NCBI GenBank assembly: GCA_040954595.2
Contig: CM082585.2
Location: 1-14,713 of the forward strand
Reading direction: 5' to 3'
DNA: 14,713 nt
DNA from: Balanoglossus misakiensis
Lineage: Eukaryota > Animalia > Hemichordata
Part shown: piece after piece, positions 9,040-14,713 of the stretch
Position numbering within the stretch: position 1 is the stretch's first letter
Layout of the letters: every line of letters begins with the position of its first letter
Made by a program: the position numbers and the translations under genes
The notes under the pieces: model-generated
What the model saw: only the letters and a program-made list of their open reading frames with translations
What the model was told of the DNA's origin: nothing
Databases searched by the model: none

Positions 9040-9745
9040 AAACAGTAACTTTCAAAACAACTGGATAATTGGTTAAGGAGAAGATTTGCTAACCAAAAAC
9101 AAAGAAACTTTCATAAAAACTCGCTAAATATTGAATATTTCTGATATCAGAATTGAATAAAAGTTGCACATATACATGTATGTGTTATGAAATTATATCC
9201 CAAATTTCAAAGCAATCAGAGAAAAAACAAATTTCAAAGCAATCAACAAGCAGTTTCACAAAAGATATTTGTTCAAAAGTGGCAAAAACACAAAATTGTA
9301 CAATACCTTACCTCAATCACTACAAGGAACATGCTGCCAAAGTTCTATGCAATATGACAAACAGTTTCAGGAAAACAATTTTTGACAAAAATTGCAAAAG
9401 TTTCCCCGATAACACATTTATGAAAATATCACATTTTTTACAACATATTACTTGACTTACACCTACGAACATGCCTACCAAATTGCAAAGCAATCTGGCA
9501 TGCGGTTTTAAAGAAAAATAAATTGACCAAAAATGGCAAATATTGCTCAAAATTATAAATATGCAAATTTTGCAACAATTTGAACAAAACTATGGTTACT
9601 CAGACAACCATTAGGAAGCTTCATGCTAAATTTCAAAGAAGTAAGCCCATCACTTTCAGAAATGAAGACTTTTTACTAATAACATGGAAAAATACAAAAA
9701 AATGCATAAAAAATAGGTAATCAATAATATTAGCTCAAAACATAC
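9040..9745 (+). repeat. Degenerate ~140-150-bp tandem array (Helentron-type central repeat)
   Basis: A GAACATGC..CCAAATTTCAAAGCAATC..AGTTTCAG..TTGACCAAAAATGGCAAA-like unit recurs with anchors near 9047, 9200, 9337, 9478 and 9626. Local duplication CAAATTTCAAAGCAATCA at 9201 and 9228. Confidence 0.65.
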
Positions 9746-9760
9746 ATCAATTGTAAGCCA

Positions 9761-11172
9761 AACAAGAGAAAACTAGTGAACTTCTTGTCAGCCACATCTT
9801 TAAAAATAATTGTGCCGGCTCTGCAAGGTGATCAGGTCCTCATTACAGCAGGTGGCTTTGATGGAGAAAATAGGGACAAGAATCTTTTCGTTGGTAGTAA
9901 TGGAATTGTGTCTGAGTGGGAAGCCAAAAGTTGTCATGAAGAAGCTGACAGTAGATGCATCCTTCATGCAGTTCAGTCCTCTTACAAGAAAGGTGTTATT
10001 TACTCCCCTGATACCGATACTTATCATGTTCTCCTCCCAGTACTATATCAACATGTTCAAAAGGAGATATTTGTACAACTTGATAATGATTTATCAAATC
10101 TCACTTATTTAGACATGAATCAATTCAAATCAGATTTAAATTTAGACCCTGATTTGCAACATATTCCCCTCCAATATTTAGGCAAAATATTTCAAACACT
10201 GTTCATATGCACAGGTTGTGACTATACTTTGCAGGCATCGGAAGGAAATCTTTCTACAAGACATTTTTTCAATACTCTGAATTTATAACTAGTGGCACCC
10301 TTATACCTGGAACACTGATAGACACAACAGTAGACAGTGTAGGGAATGGAATTTTCGCTTTCATACGTTTAAAAGGTAGTGTTTATGTTAAGAAACATTT
10401 CCAAGCATTTGATGCATCTCATCCTTTTGAACTTTATCGACAAGTAGCCAGTGTCACTAACAGTCTTAAAGATAACCACATCAAATGGCTTACATATATA
10501 CGAGAAACAATTTGCCCACGTATCCAGTATGAGGAAGAATGTATCCCTTCCTTTGAAGCCCTACAACTGCACTGGAAAAGATCATGCTGGGTCTCTCAGT
10601 TATGGTCCCAGGCCGATCAGTGCCATGTTACGTTTCCCTTATTCAATAATTATGGATACAGACTAAGCAACGGCGAACTTGATATTATTTAGGACAGTGA
10701 TGCCAATTTAGAAAAAGTGAAAAATAATTTGGAGTTGCTAACAAAAGGGTGTGGCTGCAAAAAGATGCCAACTTGTAATAGCAGATGTTGTAAATGTTAT
10801 AAGACCCACAATGGTTGTGGCCCTGCGTGTCGATGTAATGACTGCAGTAATCCACATAATGGGAATCCTGGATTCTGTACCACATCGAAAAAGTATGGGG
10901 TATGCCCAAAATATACAGATAAGTCACCACTATTAGAATCACCATCACCAATCACTGATACTGAACATCATAATATGGAAAATAGCATTGATGCAATTTT
11001 ACAGGAGTCACATGAATTTGACATTTTAAGAGAAGAAGAGGGAAATATTTACGAGACTGATTCTGACTTTGACGAACTGACTGATGAATATAACTGGACG
11101 GAAGAAAAACAAACTGATTATTCAAAGAATGGTGATTGTGATTCCAATGATGGTGACTGTGATGACATTTAA
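9761..11172 (+). pseudogene. Academ polyprotein segment 5: XPG/FEN1-like nuclease (I region and H3TH), CXC zinc finger, acidic tail
   Basis: NKRKLVNFLS, CHEEADSRCILHA, YSPDTD, TGCDY/FAGIGRK (frameshift near 10226), CIPSFEALQLHWKRSCWV, II*DS (TAG at 10690, likely from TGG), GCGCKK..C..CKC..CGPACRCNDCSN, D/E-rich tail, stop at 11170-11172. Confidence 0.88.
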
Positions 11173-11329
11173 TGAATCATCAAAGAAATTGATTTGGTCT
11201 TTTGGGGGTTGCAGCCCTGTTGTGGTTTCAGTCATACCTTTTCAATCGCACCCAGTGTGTATGTGTTAATTTCAGACATGGTTACTATAACCGTGTTCCA
11301 AACAATCACCATTTTATCCGCTTGACACT

Positions 11330-12025
11330 GCGGTAACACAACGATCACTTCTTTGTCCTCTACTTTTTAATATGTACACTTCTCCATTAGGGAAATTAGT
11401 TTCTAGTCATGGATGCCTGTATATAGCTTTTATGCAGATGGCTCTTCATTGTCTTTTACCAACGAGAATGCTCCCAGAATGCTTTATGCGGTACTGGATG
11501 TCTGAAAATGTCTTGTGTTTAAATAACGATAAGACTGAATTTGTTATTTTTTCTGCTACTTCGGGTAATCTATCTGCCAGAGGGATTACAGAAATTCATG
11601 TGATGCTCTGAAACCTGTTCATTGTCTGACAATGATTGCACAGATCTGCCATTCAGTCGCTTTTCATTTGCAGCATATTGCACTTGTCTGTAAATATTTA
11701 TCTCAAGCCGCCACAGAGCAATAAAGTTCCTGCTTTTGTTGCATTTCGAATAGATTTGTGTAATTCACTTTTATTTGGGCTCCCTAAGTACGAGATCAGT
11801 CGTATTCAAGTTCAAAATATTGCTGCTAGTTCCAAAATCACCTTTTACATCAATGCAATTTCAGTTGCATTGGTTACCTGTGTCTGATCGTATTGTTTTC
11901 AAGATGTTATTTCTTATTTTTGAATTCATTCATAGACTTGGACCATCATATCTGTCTGATCAAAATTATATGTTCCAAATCGAAACTTGAAGTCAGCTGA
12001 TCAGCTCAAACTCTGTCATGTTCAG
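11330..12025 (+). mobile_element. Highly decayed L2/CR1-group LINE RT fragment
   Basis: Across frames: VTQRSLLCPLLFNMYTSPLG (GVPQGS.LGP-like), YADG at 11431, WMSENVLCLNNDKTEFVIF, RIDLCNSLLFGLP, VQNIAA, LHWLPVSDRIVFK, GPSYLSD, RNLKS. Many deletions and frameshifts. Confidence 0.85.
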
Positions 12026-12812
12026 CCCAATGCAATGATGACAACAAAAGTCAAAACAAAATTGCTTGCCTTCAGACACAAATATTTATTGCACATATCA
12101 TCAGCGAATAAAGGGAAATGGTTTCGAAGTTACAGTTGGCATTTTGCATATTCGAAACATCTACTTATATCCCAGGCCATGATACGGAGAAAAAAAAATA
12201 CACCAGCTGTGCTCCTCACACGTACGTAGTCATGTATGGTAAACCTGGCATTCTGTCCATATGGGACCTACATTTGTAGGCGATTGATCGATGTTGTGTC
12301 GAAATCAGGCCAGTAATTAAGTTAAAACTTGGCTAATATGTTACCTTAGGGTGTTATCCATTATCCAGTAACTGTTTTACTTAAGAATTGCCTTTCAAAG
12401 ACTGTTTCCCCATGGTAAACTTATCGTTTCACGATCAATGCAACACTTCCTGTTACGCAAGCATTTCAAATTAATTTCTTTTCACGGATGTTGGGACCGA
12501 TATTAGACCTCTCTATCAGGAAAGTTTGGTTACTTTCTGAGGTCGTTTTCAAATGATTTTTGACACGTTTGTGGACGTCTCTTTCGGGGTCACCAACATA
12601 CCACCGAAAACACGTTAAAAACTTTTACTATTACCACAGATTTTCATAAAATTTACGTATGCAGTGAAAAATGGGAATCACTTTCGTAATTTATCCAGCT
12701 AACATGGTATTTTATTGCACAACAGAGCGTAAAAATCAAGTTGAAAATCACCTTGAAAACTGGCCTATTGCCGTCTGTTTGAAAGTTAACGGTCGCTCGC
12801 TTGATGAACTTT

Positions 12813-12895
12813 CATATGCAAATGAGCACCGTGCGATCTGACTGTGTATATGTACTCCGTGTAGACTGAATGGGACCACTGTGTCCTTGACGCAA
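12813..12895 (-). repeat. Right TIR of the Academ element
   Basis: The inner 33 bp pair with 2271-2303 and the outer 27 bp pair with the copy at 8688-8714. The terminus CAA is one change from the CTA implied by the other two copies. Followed by T6. Confidence 0.82.
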
Positions 12896-12989
12896 TTTTT
12901 TACACTTATCAGGTATATGTTGACTAACACAAGCCAAAATATCACCAACTCATCTGAGAAATCTTATCCCAGGTCCTAAGGTTGTGAGA

Positions 12990-13396
12990 TTAATAGAATC
13001 TCACACTCCCAAGGACTAGGGGTCATAATTCTGACATGAGTTGGGGATTTTATGTCCCACACAAGCCGCAGGCGAGTGTGGGACAAAATATCCCTGACGA
13101 GTGTGGGAAATATGATCATAGGTCCTTTGTGTATGAGATTATATTTCTCACACGGGCACAAATTAGCTAAATTCGTCTTAAAACATTGAATAAATGACTC
13201 TTGAATTGTCATCTGGCATGTAGTTTCTTTATCGTGTCATTGGATAACATTTAGCGCACGTTATTAAAAAACGCTTTGTCATCCAATCGGCGCTCGCGTC
13301 ATATACAGCTTTCGATTCAGTGAGTGTGTGGGATTGATTTGTTCTCACACTCTGATCCCACACTCTCAGCATGCCAGGAGTGTGAGAATCTATTAA
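12990..13396. mobile_element. Non-autonomous hairpin element with TTAA-bounded inverted ends (Crypton-like MITE)
   Basis: TTAATAGAATCTCACACTCC (12990-13009) vs GGAGTGTGAGAATCTATTAA (13377-13396), 19/20 inverted. ~140-bp imperfect palindrome 12997-13140 centred on GCCGCAGGC (13065-13073). The superfamily is inference. Confidence 0.72.
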
Positions 13397-13713
13397 GATC
13401 TACGAGTTTGAAATCTTAGGTGAAGATTTTATCAATTTCACTGCCAACCATGTAGGGCATACTGGGATATGTGTACATGCCAAAGCACAAACAGTTATGA
13501 CCTGACAGCTCAGTTTGTAGATCATTTCTACAAATCCACAAAGAAACTCAAAGTTTAGAAAAGTCAGGCCTGTTAGAAATATTATAAATATCACTGTTAA
13601 TACTAATTTCAAAGCCATGTGAATTTGTTCACTTTATGGAAATTTTTAAAGGAAGGGAGGATTGGTATTGACTTGAATAATTACAACGGATGTTTTTTTC
13701 TCTCTATTTTCAG

Positions 13714-13833
13714 ATGTGAATGAGTGTTCAGATTCTGTTTGTGCTGGAGGTTTTCTCAATGCAGAGGGTGGATTCAGCTGTAGTTGTGGTGATGATGGTT
13801 TCTCTCTGAGTGCAGAGCATGTCAATTGTTTAG
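13714..13833 (+). CDS. Internal cbEGF exon of the host gene; open, but missing Cys3
   Basis: Long pyrimidine tract plus CAG acceptor and GTAAGT donor at 13834. 120 nt, phase 1-1. (D)VNECSDSVCAGGFLNAEGGFSCSCGDDGFSLSAEHVNCL has five Cys, with TTT where TGT is expected. Confidence 0.82.
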
Positions 13834-14005
13834 GTAAGTTTTTTTTGAGTGGGGAGGGGATAGGTCAACAATGGATTTGCATTTCCTGCTTCAAAAGGGC
13901 GCTTACAGAAGTTGTAAGTGACAGACTTTACAGTCAGTCACCATGTTAAAACAGAAAATAATTAAAAGTTATCAGGCACTTTCCATAGTTAGAAATTTAA
14001 AAAAA

Positions 14006-14020
14006 TAGCGTCAAGGACAC
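14006..14020 (+). repeat. Third copy of the Academ terminal motif
   Basis: TAGCGTCAAGGACAC is identical to 8688-8702 and is also preceded by an A-run. The sequence then diverges, and no partner end was seen in the window. Confidence 0.7.
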
Positions 14021-14713
14021 CTGGTGCTCTCTCAGTGTGTAGTGGCTGATGAGCAGCATGTTTGGAGAACAGTGGTTTGGTATATGGGTGAAAGGAACAA
14101 TTTGCAAACACCAAGGTGAAATGCTGAACTGTTTTGCTCATGTAATATTGAATGAAGCTTGATAAGGTGGGTGCTTGGCAGAGGGAAAAACCACTTGTCA
14201 ATGGCTCTAATAACTGTTTTAAATTTAGTCTTAAAATGGCCCGCACACACAAATGGCCTCACACAAATATATTCTGTCATTTCCCTCTCAGATTTTGTAT
14301 CTTATGTTATACTGATGGAATTCATTGTGTATTGTCGTATCAAATTGCACCAGTGCAAGCTATGAGAAATGTGTTTTGAAAAAAAAAACAGTGCAAGTAG
14401 AAGCACTAGTCTAAACGTGAAAGAAATATATTTTGAAAAAAAATATCAGACAGCATTCAAGATCAGCTTAAGTGTTTTGATAAAAAGTTCTCCATTTTCA
14501 AGTATATACGTAATGTCATGTGCTGACTATAGTAGTGTAGGTGTTAGCAAAAAAATACATGAATTGTTCAAACAGAAAGTTCAATCATTTAGTTTCCCCA
14601 GTTTATGGGAGCATAGCAGTTGTGAACATAGTATATGAAATAATTTTAAAAAGTCATTGCTCTCTGGTCCATCATTTTCGGTAGAAGTGACCTGATTTCA
14701 CATCAATAGTTTC

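Larger units (their letters stand above)
2271..12895 (+). mobile_element. Decayed Academ (AcademX-type) DNA transposon with multiple nested insertions
   Basis: Inverted repeats 2271-2303 and 12813-12845 (30/33) enclose one fragmented polyprotein: DDE-like core, XPG/FEN1-like nuclease, Cys-rich finger. This is the described AcademX domain order. The right terminus reads ...GTGTCCTTGACGCAA, and other copies of this tip start TAG, the usual Academ end. The left tip is missing, so no TSD can be read. Confidence 0.82.

Noticed and set aside
9040-9745. CRISPR-like array or coding ORFs 9153-9455 and 9320-9550
   Set aside because: The units are long, degenerate tandem repeats without constant repeat/unique spacer structure, in a spliced eukaryotic context, and the ORFs have no motifs.
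9776-10288. Host FEN1/XPG/EXO1 repair gene
   Set aside because: It is intronless, frameshifted, colinear with a transposase and located inside another gene's intron.
10717-11172. Stand-alone tesmin/TSO1-like CXC host gene
   Set aside because: It is in frame with the upstream XPG-like segment across a single TAG (10690) and lies within the TIRs, so it is the transposon protein's C-terminus.
12994-13392. TAG...CTA ends suggesting a non-autonomous derivative of the Academ element
   Set aside because: No similarity to the TAGCGTCAAGG terminus beyond three bases, and the hairpin layout matches the 1586-1960 element instead.
1586-13396. Two hairpin elements as the ends of one composite transposon around the Academ
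   Set aside because: They share architecture but not sequence, and no common TSD encloses them; independent insertions are simpler.
13834-13949. Extension of ORF 13716-13949 beyond the EGF domain
   Set aside because: A strong GTAAGT donor at 13834 ends the exon; the rest is intron read-through.
13989-14638. Cluster of short overlapping ORFs at the window end, and similar ones at 167-434 and 1959-2300
   Set aside because: No domains or convincing exon structure; consistent with chance ORFs in intronic DNA.

Overview
AT-rich animal genomic DNA, probably from a marine invertebrate (inferred from the repeat content). Three symmetric phase-1 calcium-binding-EGF exons of a + strand fibrillin/fibulin-like gene lie at 76-198, 1454-1570 and 13714-13833. 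The second carries a stop and two lost cysteines; the third has lost one cysteine. The 12.1-kb intron between them is mostly a decayed ~10.6-kb DNA transposon (2271-12895) with inverted-repeat ends. It encodes one broken + strand polyprotein (DDE transposase, XPG/FEN1-like nuclease, Cys-rich CXC finger, acidic tail), the AcademX architecture. Unusually, an OTU-like cysteine-protease domain with C/H/D residues present sits between the first two putative catalytic aspartates. The element is interrupted by nested insertions: an antisense 5'-truncated L1/Tx1 LINE (14-bp TSD), a one-ended TTAA/Kolobok-like piece, a CAC..GTG-type MITE (5-bp TSD, Transib-like), a Helentron-like microsatellite plus ~140-bp array, and an old L2/CR1-group fragment. 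The outer tip of the left TIR is missing, but a copy of it occurs inside the ORF (8688) and again at 14006. Outside the element are a 7-bp-TSD MITE, an L2 3' end and two long-hairpin (Crypton-like) elements. All family assignments come from motif recognition by eye; no database search was run.
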